From assembly GCA_965203175.1 (NCBI GenBank), contig OZ241867.1, forward strand, positions 2,880,001 to 2,944,000: DNA of 64,000 nucleotides, given 5' to 3'. Position numbers and translations under genes: made by a program. Source of the stretch: Candidatus Latescibacterota bacterium. GTDB taxonomy: Bacteria; Latescibacterota; UBA2968; UBA8231. The notes below the pieces were generated by a model that was not told where the DNA came from, did no database searches, and saw nothing but the letters and a program-made list of their open reading frames with translations. Below are positions 27,902 through 37,891 of this stretch, in pieces (position 1 is the stretch's first letter; each line of letters begins with the position of its first letter).

Positions 27902-29848
27902 ATGTACCAACGCCTCAGAGATTCCTTAGCTGTATGGTGCGGGTTTTTGCTGTTCATTGTCGGCCCTCTCGACGCGCTGACAATCTACCGGCTCGGGGGT
28001 AGCGATTTGCCGGCTCCAGAGTTAGCGGCGCTTGAGGGGGTGGAATTCGTGCAACTAGCGTGGGCCGACGTAGCTGAAGATCGGCACGGCCAGACCGACC
28101 TAATCGAAGTAACCCCCAATCACATCGCACCGCGCCAACTCGACCCGACGGTCAACCTGACGCCGCTGTTGCCCCAGCCCGATTTCCTCGGGGATATTTT
28201 CTATCTGACTTGGATTGGCTGGGGTGGTCCCGATGTCGATGACTGGTTTATCTGGGACGAGGATCCCAATACGGTCTATCTGGGCGATGGGCACTTCGCG
28301 ATGCATGGGCCCAAACACAAAAGTCTGATTTTCGACCTCGGCGGCCTGTTTTTTCTCGAGCGAATCAAGTTCTACCCCCGCGAAAGACATCGGCACGACC
28401 GCTTCGTGGAGAGCTTTACCATTGGCATCAGTGACGGCGATCCGTTCAAAGATCCCCATCGAGAGCTACAGGCTGGAGTGGGGGGATTCGGCAGGGGGTC
28501 TGTCGTCGCCTTTGACGTGCTCTACGACATCAGGGAAAACACCGAGCCTATCATTGAGTTAGAGTTGCCAGCGCAACCTGTACAGAAGGTACTCTTTCGA
28601 GCAGCGGAGAATACGCGGGGCATCTGGGAGCTGGCCGAACTTGAACTCTACGGCGCGGGTTTTGCCCCCTTTGCTGGCTACCAAAGCAATGTCATTGATC
28701 TAGGCCGAGCGGTGTCGCTGGGCGATCTGAGCTGGTCGGGTGTGGTCGAGCCGGGTGCCCGCGTTGCCTTGACTATGCGCAGCGGCGCTACGCCGACGCC
28801 CAACATCTACTGGCGCTTCACCTTTCGCGGCGATGAGCAAAGTCGCTTCGATACCCAGGGCCGGGTGTTGACGCGCAAAGCCTATAACAAGCTCAACAAG
28901 GGCGAGCGGGCCGGGATCACGCCCGATACTCAGCAGTGGGAAGCTTGGAGCCAGGCGTACGATTTCGCGGACAGTACGGGGGCGATGCAGGCGAACCAGC
29001 CTAGGCGCTACGTGCAACTGCGCGCCGACTTTGAATCGCTCAAGGAGGCGGGCGGGCGGCTGGACTATGTACAGTTCAGCGTCTCGGACCCGCCGGTGGC
29101 CACCCAAGTGCTAGCCGAGATCTCTCCGGCGCAGGTCAAAGCGGGCGAGGTGACTTCCTTTACCTATGCGGTATTGCCTCAATTCGAAGAGGACGATTTG
29201 GGATTTGACACCATTGAGATTGAGACGCCCGTGCAGGTGAGGGAGGTTGACGCGGTGCGCATTAGCGAGATGGAGGTAGGCTTTGACGTCCTGCGCTCGG
29301 ACGCGGAGGGCTTTGCCCTGCGCATCCCGCGCATGGACTTGCAGCGCACCGAAGAACTGGTTGAGGTGGATTTTCAGGTGGAAGTGTTCAAGTTCGGCAC
29401 GATGTTCACCGGCCGGGTATCGGACAGCGAAAGGCCCTTTGAGGTGCATCAGCGGCTCACCGCAGGCGACGCCGATCCGCTAGTCGAGGGCAACACGCTG
29501 AACGTAGGTTTGGTCGAAGTGGAACACAAGGCAGCCAACGCGCTCAGACTAGCCTCGCCCGTGTTTACGCCCAATGGCGACGGAGTCAACGACGAGTTGC
29601 AGATCGAATACGAGCTGTTGAATCTCTTGGGAGCGGTACCAGTGGCATTGGATCTGTACGATTTGTCGGGCCATCGCTTGGGAGCAGTGTATCGCGGTAC
29701 AGCGCAGAGCGGCCGATTTCGCTTGGAGTGGGATGGGGTGTTGGCAAGTGGGGAACGGGCAGTGCCGGGGTGCTACTTGTTGCGCCTAGCGGTGACTAGC
29801 GACCGAGGTGGAGAAATCCTCCAGCGCGTCATCGCGCTGGCTTATTAG
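27902..29848 (+). CDS. Family A secreted protein A4
   Basis: Closest to A2 (LGDIFYLTWIGWGG); ends IALAY. Confidence 0.8.
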   Translation: MYQRLRDSLAVWCGFLLFIVGPLDALTIYRLGGSDLPAPELAALEGVEFVQLAWADVAEDRHGQTDLIEVTPNHIAPRQLDPTVNLTPLLPQPDFLGDIFYLTWIGWGGPDVDDWFIWDEDPNTVYLGDGHFAMHGPKHKSLIFDLGGLFFLERIKFYPRERHRHDRFVESFTIGISDGDPFKDPHRELQAGVGGFGRGSVVAFDVLYDIRENTEPIIELELPAQPVQKVLFRAAENTRGIWELAELELYGAGFAPFAGYQSNVIDLGRAVSLGDLSWSGVVEPGARVALTMRSGATPTPNIYWRFTFRGDEQSRFDTQGRVLTRKAYNKLNKGERAGITPDTQQWEAWSQAYDFADSTGAMQANQPRRYVQLRADFESLKEAGGRLDYVQFSVSDPPVATQVLAEISPAQVKAGEVTSFTYAVLPQFEEDDLGFDTIEIETPVQVREVDAVRISEMEVGFDVLRSDAEGFALRIPRMDLQRTEELVEVDFQVEVFKFGTMFTGRVSDSERPFEVHQRLTAGDADPLVEGNTLNVGLVEVEHKAANALRLASPVFTPNGDGVNDELQIEYELLNLLGAVPVALDLYDLSGHRLGAVYRGTAQSGRFRLEWDGVLASGERAVPGCYLLRLAVTSDRGGEILQRVIALAY

Positions 29849-29862
29849 AGGACAAGAGTGCA

Positions 29863-32466
29863 ATGAAGACCATTTGGACTTTTGCCTGCGCCTTGTTGTT
29901 GGGCGCGGTGTGCGCCAGCGCTCAAGGAAAGGGCCATCGCGTCACCGCCGACCAAGTCGTAGTCAATACTCAACAGCACTGGCAGACCTGGTCCTTCGGG
30001 ACGGGCACCCTAGACATTGGGACTGACGGTGAAGTTCGGCCACGGCGGCTGCGCAAGAATATCAATGCCGTGGAGAATGCCCGCGAATTCTTGCGCCTGA
30101 ATCCTCCCAATTACATCAAAAAAGACGCGGCCGATATTGAACTCAGCGACGGAATCCGCGCGGGCTCCAATGCGTCGGGTGTACTGGCTCTCTTTGACGG
30201 CGATATGGAGACTTATTGGGAACCTGACGCGCTCGAGTTAGGTGTCGATTTGGCGACGCAGTGGTGGTTTATCGTCGATTTGGGCCGCTTCGTCATGGCC
30301 CGCAAGATCGTGCTCAAGTTTGTCGATGAAGCACTGGGCGACCCCTTCTTGCAGTTTGATGTGCTGGTCTCGGAAGGCCGCCAACCCAAGGGCAACAGCC
30401 GTTCCGAGACACCGGAATTCAGACGCGTGGCGCGCACCTTGGTGCCCAACAAGCACCAGCGGCTCTTTGAGATCGAACTGGAGTACGCAGAAGAGTTTGC
30501 GGGCATGGGTCTGCGCTTCGTGCAGGTGCTCGTGACCGGCAGCGACTTTGCCCAAGGGCGGGAGATCAGCCGCGACGAGTACGAGGCCCTGTTAGAGGCA
30601 GACCGGGGGGCAATCCTCTATCACAAGCTGCTGCCGAACGGCAATGAGGCCGCGGTCAAAAAGGAGGTCTATGACCGACTCGAAGCGTCGCGGCAAGGTT
30701 CCGTGCGCTATTTTGTGCGCGAAAGGCCGCGCTTGGCCGAGTTGGAAGTGTGGGCCGAAGGCGACGAGATCCTGATCAATACGGTCGAGCGCGGGGGCAT
30801 GGTCACCTCGACCCAATCGCTGGCGCTGGCGAGCCTGTTCGACGGCAATGTGCTCAGCTTCAGCGAGGTAATTTTCATCTTCTCTCCCGGGCAATTAAAG
30901 TCACCAGAGGGCGAGGTGTTTTTCGATATGGGAGCCTCGTTCTGGATCGACGCCTTCCGTATGGCTCTGGGAGCGCGCCAGCGCAATTTTGAGGGTTATA
31001 GACTGGATTTCTCCAATGGTGAGCGCGAGGCAGACGGCAGCCTCAAGTGGACTTCTGCGGCCGCAGTGAGTGGTGCGGAAGTCCTCGGTGCCGGCACGAT
31101 TGGTACCCAAAGCGTAATGGGCAACGACTTTAGCCCCCTAAGGGCGCGTTTTTTCCGCTTCGTGTGGAATCAGATTGTGCGCGGGGTGGGCAATAGCGGT
31201 GCGGCCATTTTGGCTGATCCGTCCGAGTTGCAGCTCTACGGGGAAGGGTTTATGTCGGAGGTAAGCCTGACTTCGGATCTGGTGCGGCTGGGCGGCAGCC
31301 GCAATTTGGTCTCGCTCGAATGGGACGCGGATGTGCCGCCGGGCACGAGTGTGCTGGTGCAAACGCGCACTGGCAACGAACTAGCCGAGAACCTGCGCTA
31401 TTTCAAAAAAGACGGCACTGAAGTGAGCAAAGACCAGTACGATAAGCTGCTCTCGATATTCAAGGGGGATATTATAGCCGAGGAAGTAGTGGGCGGAGAT
31501 TGGAGCGACTGGAGCCAGCCGGGCGAAGATCCCAGCGGCAGCCCGATTGCTTCGCCGTCGCCGCGCGAGTTCCTAGAGATCCGAGCAACCCTGTTGTCGG
31601 ACGCTCCTGCAGTGAGCGCGACCTTGCGTTCGATCCGGCTCAATTTTACGCATCCGGTGGCGCAGAGCCTGACGGGAGAGGTGGCACCGGCGGTGGTAGA
31701 GACGCTGGGGGAAGAGCAGCGCTTTTCGCTTTTTGTGCGGCCGAACTTCGCCCCCCGAGATCCCGGCTTTGACGAGTTCTTGCTGGTGGCTCCGGCGGAC
31801 ATGAGGCTTGGGTTCGACGGTCTGTATGCTGGTGCGGGCGAGGTGTTGGCCAGCCGCGATCTGGACGGGTTGGCGGTGGCTGATGTCGAGGTTGTGGCGA
31901 CGAGCGGCGACAGCCTGCGCTTGGCTTTTCCGCTAATCGGTCCGGAGTCAGGGGTGGAGGTGTTGCGGCTGGACTTTACCACGGCACTGTTTGCGGCCGG
32001 AGCGGTGCTGCAGGCGTCGCTGCAGAACAGCACTTCGGAGGAATGGGATTGGCAGCGGGTGGACCCGGGCGACGCAGTAGGGGCAGTGATCAGTAACACC
32101 ACGACCTTGAGGGGCGCATTGCAGAGCCGATCCTTGTTGGAGGACGTGGTGATACCGGAGGTCTTCACTCCCAATGGGGATGGGGTCAACGACCAAGTGT
32201 CGTTCCATTTCAAGGTGATCAAGGTAGGCGACGACAGTCCGGTGGAGGTGCTGATCTACGATTTGAGCGGTCGGCTAGTGGGGCAGTTGGTCGAGCAGCG
32301 CGAGGTGAGTACAGGAGAGTACGGAGTTGTGTGGGATGGTCGGGATGAGTCGGGGGCGGTGGTCGCACCGGGAGTGTATGTGGTGCGTCTGCGGGTAGAT
32401 ACTGATACCCAAGGGGCGCGCGTCGGGGCCGGGGAGGTCTTGTATACTATTGCCGTAGCCTACTGA
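29863..32466 (+). CDS. Family B secreted protein B4
   Basis: Family B scaffold with divergent loops; FTPNGDGVND; ends IAVAY. Confidence 0.8.
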   Translation: MKTIWTFACALLLGAVCASAQGKGHRVTADQVVVNTQQHWQTWSFGTGTLDIGTDGEVRPRRLRKNINAVENAREFLRLNPPNYIKKDAADIELSDGIRAGSNASGVLALFDGDMETYWEPDALELGVDLATQWWFIVDLGRFVMARKIVLKFVDEALGDPFLQFDVLVSEGRQPKGNSRSETPEFRRVARTLVPNKHQRLFEIELEYAEEFAGMGLRFVQVLVTGSDFAQGREISRDEYEALLEADRGAILYHKLLPNGNEAAVKKEVYDRLEASRQGSVRYFVRERPRLAELEVWAEGDEILINTVERGGMVTSTQSLALASLFDGNVLSFSEVIFIFSPGQLKSPEGEVFFDMGASFWIDAFRMALGARQRNFEGYRLDFSNGEREADGSLKWTSAAAVSGAEVLGAGTIGTQSVMGNDFSPLRARFFRFVWNQIVRGVGNSGAAILADPSELQLYGEGFMSEVSLTSDLVRLGGSRNLVSLEWDADVPPGTSVLVQTRTGNELAENLRYFKKDGTEVSKDQYDKLLSIFKGDIIAEEVVGGDWSDWSQPGEDPSGSPIASPSPREFLEIRATLLSDAPAVSATLRSIRLNFTHPVAQSLTGEVAPAVVETLGEEQRFSLFVRPNFAPRDPGFDEFLLVAPADMRLGFDGLYAGAGEVLASRDLDGLAVADVEVVATSGDSLRLAFPLIGPESGVEVLRLDFTTALFAAGAVLQASLQNSTSEEWDWQRVDPGDAVGAVISNTTTLRGALQSRSLLEDVVIPEVFTPNGDGVNDQVSFHFKVIKVGDDSPVEVLIYDLSGRLVGQLVEQREVSTGEYGVVWDGRDESGAVVAPGVYVVRLRVDTDTQGARVGAGEVLYTIAVAY

Positions 32467-32468
32467 CG

Positions 32469-34058
32469 GTGACGCGCATGGTTTTGCCGGGGATGGTCTG
32501 TCTGATTCTCGTGCTATGCGGCTGCCAAGGATCGGACCCAGACCCCACACGACGGCCACCTGCTGCCATCGATCCTGAACTGATCCACACTCTGCATTTC
32601 CAGCCGCCCGATTCCACCGATAGCGAGGGACGCCGTCTGGCCAAGTTGTACTGCCAGAGTTGCCACGTCTTCGCCGAGCCTGAGCTGCTGGACCGGACGA
32701 CGCTGCGCGAGTGGGTTCTGCCGACATTGGCCAAAATCCTCGGTTTGCCGCAGGAACTGGCGGGCTTGCCGCCTAAGAAATATCAGCGGGAGGACGAGCA
32801 GCCGGGCATCTATCCCCAAGAGCCGTTGATCCCTGCGAATGTTTGGGCACCGATTGTCGAATACTATCTGCAGGCCGCGCCGGAACAGCTCTTGCCCCAG
32901 GGCGCACGGCCAGCGATCGGTCGCGACTTGGGGCAATTTGACGTCTTGATACCGGAGTCCCGCGTCGAAAGTCCCTTTACGACGCTTGTGGCGATCCATG
33001 AGGGGCGGATTTACGCTGGGGACTCGCGCGAGCGCTCGGTGTCGATCCTCGATGGTCAGGGTCAGCTCTTGCAGAAGCTGAGGCTCAACCTAACCCCGAC
33101 TGATATCGACTGGCGCGAAGGAACTATCTGGGTTACCTCAATTGGCTCGCCGTTCCCGTCAGACGATCCGCAGGGCCAGTTGATGGCCGTGGCCAAGGAG
33201 GGCGATACCTTGCTGCAGGTCGGCAAACGGGTGCTCAGGGATCTGTCGCGGCCAGTTACTACGTCGTTTGCCGATCTGGACGGCGACGGGGTGGCGGAGA
33301 TCGTCGTCTCCGAGTTCGGCAACCGGCTGGGGCATTTGTCTTATTTCACTGCCAAGGAAGACGGGGGCTACGAGGAGCGCTGGCTCAACCAGTACCCCGG
33401 GGCCATCAGCCACTACGTGCGCGATTTCAACGGCGACGGCCGCCCGGACATCATCGCTTTAATGGGGCAAGCTCGCGAGGGTGTGTTTATTTATTACAAT
33501 CGCGGCGACGGCACCTTTGCGGAGTCCTATGTGGTGCAGTGGCCGCCTTCCTACGGGGCTGCGCATCTGAGTCTGGTGGATTTTGATGGGGATGGGGATC
33601 TCGATCTACTCACGGCCAACGGCGACAACGCCGACTACGCGCTGCTGCTCAAACCGTACCACGGGATCCGGCTCTATCTCAACGACGGCCGCAATCGCTT
33701 TGCAGAGGCCTATTTCTTCCCGCTCAACGGGGCCTACAAGGCGCAGGCCGCTGACTTCGACGGGGATGGGGATTTCGATATAGCTGCGATCGGCTTTTTC
33801 GCCGATTACGCCGCTGCGCCCGCAGAGACCTTCGTGTACTTGCGCAACGAGGGCGGAATGCAGTTTGTGCCCGCGACGTTCGACGAGGTACTGGCGGGCC
33901 GCTGGCTAACGATGGATGTGGGCGACGTGGACCTCGACGGCGACGAAGATATCGTCCTCGGCTCCTTTGCCATGGGTTGGTCCAATGTGTCGGCCGAGCT
34001 AGAAGCGCGTTGGCGGCGGGGACCGTCGATATTGATTCTCAAAAATCGACGCTATTGA
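32469..34058 (+). CDS. Lipoprotein with c-type heme motif and FG-GAP/VCBS repeats
   Basis: Lipobox LCGC; CQSCH; repeated DxDGDGxxDI motifs. Confidence 0.8.
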   Translation: MTRMVLPGMVCLILVLCGCQGSDPDPTRRPPAAIDPELIHTLHFQPPDSTDSEGRRLAKLYCQSCHVFAEPELLDRTTLREWVLPTLAKILGLPQELAGLPPKKYQREDEQPGIYPQEPLIPANVWAPIVEYYLQAAPEQLLPQGARPAIGRDLGQFDVLIPESRVESPFTTLVAIHEGRIYAGDSRERSVSILDGQGQLLQKLRLNLTPTDIDWREGTIWVTSIGSPFPSDDPQGQLMAVAKEGDTLLQVGKRVLRDLSRPVTTSFADLDGDGVAEIVVSEFGNRLGHLSYFTAKEDGGYEERWLNQYPGAISHYVRDFNGDGRPDIIALMGQAREGVFIYYNRGDGTFAESYVVQWPPSYGAAHLSLVDFDGDGDLDLLTANGDNADYALLLKPYHGIRLYLNDGRNRFAEAYFFPLNGAYKAQAADFDGDGDFDIAAIGFFADYAAAPAETFVYLRNEGGMQFVPATFDEVLAGRWLTMDVGDVDLDGDEDIVLGSFAMGWSNVSAELEARWRRGPSILILKNRRY

Positions 34059-34855
34059 TCGGCTGCGACTTCGCGGGCGATGCGAACCCCTACATCCGGG
34101 CTGCGGGCATCGGGCGGGCTAAAAAAGCGCGAGGCCGAACGTCCGCCTAACCCCAAGGTGCCAAAGGAACCACCGCGGCCGACGCGGCGCTCACCTGCGG
34201 CCGGGCCTTGGGGATCGATTTGTTTATCCGCACTGTATGGCCCCTCCCAGTCGGCGACCCATTCCCAGACATTGCCGTGCATATCGTAAAGCCCCCAAGC
34301 ATTGGGTGCCTTTTGGCCGACGGCGTGGGGGTATTTCTCGCCGATTGCCCAGGCGTTGCCGCTGACCCAGGCATAGTCGGCTAGCGTTTGTTCGTCGTCG
34401 CCGGAGAACCAGCGCGTGGTGGCCCCGGCGCGACAGGCGTATTCCCACTCGGCTTCGGTGGGGAAGCGATAGAGCGTTTTGCCGGCCTTTTTATTGAGCC
34501 GCTGGATGAAATGTGCGGCTTCGATCCACGAGATGTAGGTGGCCGGGTATTGCGCTCCTTCTTTGACGTACTGACGCCGACGCCACGGTTGAGTGCCGAC
34601 GACGGCGCGCCACTGGGCCTGAGTAAGCTCGTATTTGGCGAGGTAGAATCCGCGCGATAGTTCGACTTGGTGTTGGGGTGTTTCGCTGTCGTCGAGAGGT
34701 CCCTCCTCGCCCGGGGCTGCGCCCATGGCAAAGGTGCCGGGCGGAATGTAGGCGAACTCCATCGCCACGCCAGGGGCTAGTTCGACTGTCAGCGACTCGG
34801 GGACGCGGCTACAGGCGGGCAGGATTAGGGCAAGGATAAGCAGAGCGCGGAACAT
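34052..34855 (-). CDS. Formylglycine-generating enzyme (FGE-sulfatase) domain lipoprotein
   Basis: F.MG..E.P.H.V, RFPTEAEWEYACRAG, NAWGLYDMHGNVWEW and RGGSF motifs; lipobox LPAC; start re-placed to 34855. Confidence 0.85.
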   Translation of the reverse strand: MFRALLILALILPACSRVPESLTVELAPGVAMEFAYIPPGTFAMGAAPGEEGPLDDSETPQHQVELSRGFYLAKYELTQAQWRAVVGTQPWRRRQYVKEGAQYPATYISWIEAAHFIQRLNKKAGKTLYRFPTEAEWEYACRAGATTRWFSGDDEQTLADYAWVSGNAWAIGEKYPHAVGQKAPNAWGLYDMHGNVWEWVADWEGPYSADKQIDPQGPAAGERRVGRGGSFGTLGLGGRSASRFFSPPDARSPDVGVRIAREVAADQ

Positions 34856-34894
34856 GGGGTGGAAATAAATTGGCGGGAAAATTCCTCGCAAGGG

Positions 34895-36580
34895 TCAGGG
34901 GAGCAGGCCCTGCCCCTCGCGCACCGTGAGGATGCGGTCCGCCTGAATGTCGGCGAAGCGGTCAACCTGACCACTGGGCCAATGCACTGCAAGCCGCCGC
35001 ACCACGCGTTCTTCGCCTAAGCCGAAATGAGCGCGCATATCATCCTGAGCCAGAAAACTGCTACCAGCGCGGATTTCGCGGCTCTGGGTGCTGGCGCTGG
35101 TTTCGACGGTGACGATAGCACCGATCCCGTCGCGATTGCTTTTGACGCCTTGGACGCGGACGATGAGCCAGTGGTTGCTAGCCGGTGAATCGTTGCGCAA
35201 AAGCGAGGGCGTCGAGTCGAGATTGTGGACGGCAATGTCGATATCGCCATCGTTGTCGAAGTCGGCTAGGACGGCACCGCGGCTCGATTCTTCAATGGCA
35301 AAACCCGGTCCGGCTTCCTCGGTAGCCTCGGTGAAACGCCCGTTGCCCGCGCTGAGAAAGAGCTGGTTGTTTTGCCGGTAGGAGGCCCCGCGCTCGAGCT
35401 GCTCGACTTGGGGATAGACGTGGCCGTTGGCCACGAAAAGGTCTTGCCAGCCGTCGTTGTCAAAGTCGGCAAAGCCCGTGCCCCAGCCGACGAAGGGCCA
35501 GGTGGGGTAGATAAGGCCAGCGGTGGCGGTGACGTCCTTGAAGAAGCCGCGCCCATCGTTCTGATAGAGGGTATTGTAGTCGAGGGCGAAGTTGGTGACG
35601 TAGAGGTCGAAGTCGCCATCGTTGTCGTAATCGGCCGACGCCGCACCCATACACGCTTGGGCATCGCCGCTTTCGAGTAAGGCCACGGCTGCTTCCAGCG
35701 CTTCCTCCGCGAAGGTGCCATTGCCCTGATTGCGGTAGAACATATTGGGACCCGCATCGTTGGCGACGAAGAGATCTGGGTCGCCGTCGCGGTCGAAGTC
35801 GCTAAAAAGCGGGGTAAAACCATAGCGCTTATAGCGATCGGGGACGCCAACTGCTTGGGTAGCATCGGTGAAGGTGCCGTCGCCTTCGTTGCGATAAAGC
35901 GCATCGGCCGCGCCGACTAGTCCGCGGGGGCCATACATGACGTTCAGGCCGCGCCACATTCCCGCGTCGGCTCCCTCGGGGATGAAATTGACATCAAAGT
36001 CGATGTAATTCGCCACGTAGAGGTCGAGGTCGCCGTCGTTGTCGTAGTCGCTCCATGCGGCGCCCGTACTCCAGCGAGCATCGTCGAGGCCGGCCAACGG
36101 GGCATGGTCGGTGAAGGTGCCGTTGCCGTCGTTCTGGTAGAAGCGGTTCGCACCATAGTTGGTGACATAGAGGTCCGGGTCGCCGTCGTTGTCGTAGTCG
36201 GCGGCCACCACGCCCATACCCCACCGCGCGTCATCGACGCCCGCAGCCGCGCCCACGTCTTGGAAGGTCGCATCACCCGCATTTTGGTAGAGTGCATTGC
36301 GGGGAGCGGTCTCGGGCGGAAAGCCTTCGAGGGTTGATCCATTGACGATGTAGAGGTCGAGGTCGCCGTCTTGGTCGTAGTCAAAAGCGGCGAGGCTGCC
36401 GCCCTTGGCCTCGACAATGTAGCGCTTGTCTGAACTGCCGCAGATATTGCGCAGGGTCAGACCGGCTGGTTGGGCTACTTCCACGAAGTGAACGCGGGGT
36501 AGGCTCTGCTCCGCTGGGGCGCAGGCCGTTAGAAGACAAATGAGGCCGATGCGCCACGCCAAAAAGGGATGTTCGGACAA
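34895..36580 (-). CDS. CRTAC1 family (FG-GAP plus ASPIC/UnbV) lipoprotein
   Basis: DYDNDGDLDLYVAN repeats; C-terminal GSSFLAQ..HFGLG..WPSG; lipobox LTAC. Confidence 0.85.
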   Translation of the reverse strand: MSEHPFLAWRIGLICLLTACAPAEQSLPRVHFVEVAQPAGLTLRNICGSSDKRYIVEAKGGSLAAFDYDQDGDLDLYIVNGSTLEGFPPETAPRNALYQNAGDATFQDVGAAAGVDDARWGMGVVAADYDNDGDPDLYVTNYGANRFYQNDGNGTFTDHAPLAGLDDARWSTGAAWSDYDNDGDLDLYVANYIDFDVNFIPEGADAGMWRGLNVMYGPRGLVGAADALYRNEGDGTFTDATQAVGVPDRYKRYGFTPLFSDFDRDGDPDLFVANDAGPNMFYRNQGNGTFAEEALEAAVALLESGDAQACMGAASADYDNDGDFDLYVTNFALDYNTLYQNDGRGFFKDVTATAGLIYPTWPFVGWGTGFADFDNDGWQDLFVANGHVYPQVEQLERGASYRQNNQLFLSAGNGRFTEATEEAGPGFAIEESSRGAVLADFDNDGDIDIAVHNLDSTPSLLRNDSPASNHWLIVRVQGVKSNRDGIGAIVTVETSASTQSREIRAGSSFLAQDDMRAHFGLGEERVVRRLAVHWPSGQVDRFADIQADRILTVREGQGLLP

Positions 36581-36760
36581 TTTATTGGTATCTTATATCT
36601 TCGTGGTTTGTGTCTCAAAATATCTATATCCGCTGGGAACCGCCAGCCAGTTACGGGCGCGATTCGGGCGGCAAAGGCGGGTAGCAAAGGGAACATTTTG
36701 CTTGGTTTTGACAAAGAGCCGCAACGGAGTTGTGGGCTGGGCCTGCTAGGGGCCGGGTTG

Positions 36761-37891
36761 ATGCTTGGCAGCTATTGGCTGCTGTGGGGATCGATTGATG
36801 GGTTTGTCAAAGCCATCGACCATGGAGAACAACTCTTTGGCGATTTTCGGCGCTTCTACTATCCGATGGGCGAGGTGCTTTTTGCCGAAAAGTGGCCCGT
36901 TCGGGGATACTACTATACCTCGTTTTTTGCATTGGGACTGAGCCTCATAGCACTCTTGCCGCTGGCGGCGGCGGCTGTTTTGTGGGGATTTTTGCAGGTG
37001 GGGTGGGCTGCTGTGTTCTACTACGCGTCTGGCCGCTATCTACTCGGCCTCTCTGCTCGGGGTATGCTGGTTTATTGGTTGTTGTTGCTGGCTTCCTTCC
37101 CCTTGTTGCACAATTTCAAATGGGGGCAGGTCAGCGTGTTGGTGACGCTTGGCATTGTGGCGGCGTTTGCGCTGCACCAGCGGGGACGGAGCGCGCTGGG
37201 GGGGATCGCGTTGGCGCTGGTCACCTGCATCAAGTACTATCCCGGCGCATTTGTCGTGTATTTTCTTATTCGTCGCGACGGGCGCTTCCTCGCGGCTTTT
37301 GGCATCGGCTTGTTGGGGTTTTACTGCCTGCTGCCAGCCGCGTTATTAGGACCTGCGGATTGGTGGTATTTCGAACACGCATCCGCACAATCGCTGCCAG
37401 AGGCGGCCCGGCTCCTCCGAGATTTTAATACTCAGTATTTTGTCCACGTACTCAACCGCTGGGGGCAGCCGCTGGGGTATCGCCTCGGGGAATCGACGCT
37501 CGATGTGCTGCGGCTCGCAGGTGCGCTGGTCTTTTGCGCCAATAGCGTTGCGGTGTGGTGGTTGCACAAGCGAAAAATCGCGCATAGGGAGGCGCTATCT
37601 GCTACAGCGCTCTTTCTCGTCTTGCCGTTTGTGGTGCAGACTTCGTGGCCCCACTACTTCGTCTTCTTGCCCTTTTGCCAAGCGGCGTTGTGGGTGGCGC
37701 TCGGAGATGCCCGAGCGCATTGGCTGTGGCGGGTGCCGGTTGTGTGCTCGGCGGTGCTGGCGAGCGGGTACTGCTTTGCCTTGTTCCCAAGTTGGCGGTT
37801 GTACAATGGGGTGAGTGTGTTGTGGGTAGCTGATGCGGCCCTGTTGTGTTCGCTCTACGGTTTGGCCCTACGGCGAGGATTGCGCCAGTGA
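36761..37891 (+). CDS. GT87/DUF2029-like GT-C membrane glycosyltransferase
   Basis: GDF..FY, GQVS, IKYYP and SWPHYF motifs; polytopic; true start uncertain (ORF is open from 36569). Confidence 0.7.
   Translation: MLGSYWLLWGSIDGFVKAIDHGEQLFGDFRRFYYPMGEVLFAEKWPVRGYYYTSFFALGLSLIALLPLAAAAVLWGFLQVGWAAVFYYASGRYLLGLSARGMLVYWLLLLASFPLLHNFKWGQVSVLVTLGIVAAFALHQRGRSALGGIALALVTCIKYYPGAFVVYFLIRRDGRFLAAFGIGLLGFYCLLPAALLGPADWWYFEHASAQSLPEAARLLRDFNTQYFVHVLNRWGQPLGYRLGESTLDVLRLAGALVFCANSVAVWWLHKRKIAHREALSATALFLVLPFVVQTSWPHYFVFLPFCQAALWVALGDARAHWLWRVPVVCSAVLASGYCFALFPSWRLYNGVSVLWVADAALLCSLYGLALRRGLRQ

Noticed and set aside
34052-34855. Active sulfatase-maturing FGE or a DGR target
   Set aside because: It lacks the catalytic Cys pair after RGGSF, and no template repeat of its 3' end was seen.
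36569-36760. Long N-terminal extension or possible frameshift at the start of the GT87-like gene
   Set aside because: The extension overlaps the divergent gene and promoter region. An alternative-frame start (LTKSRNGVVGW) is conceivable but cannot be supported without homologs.
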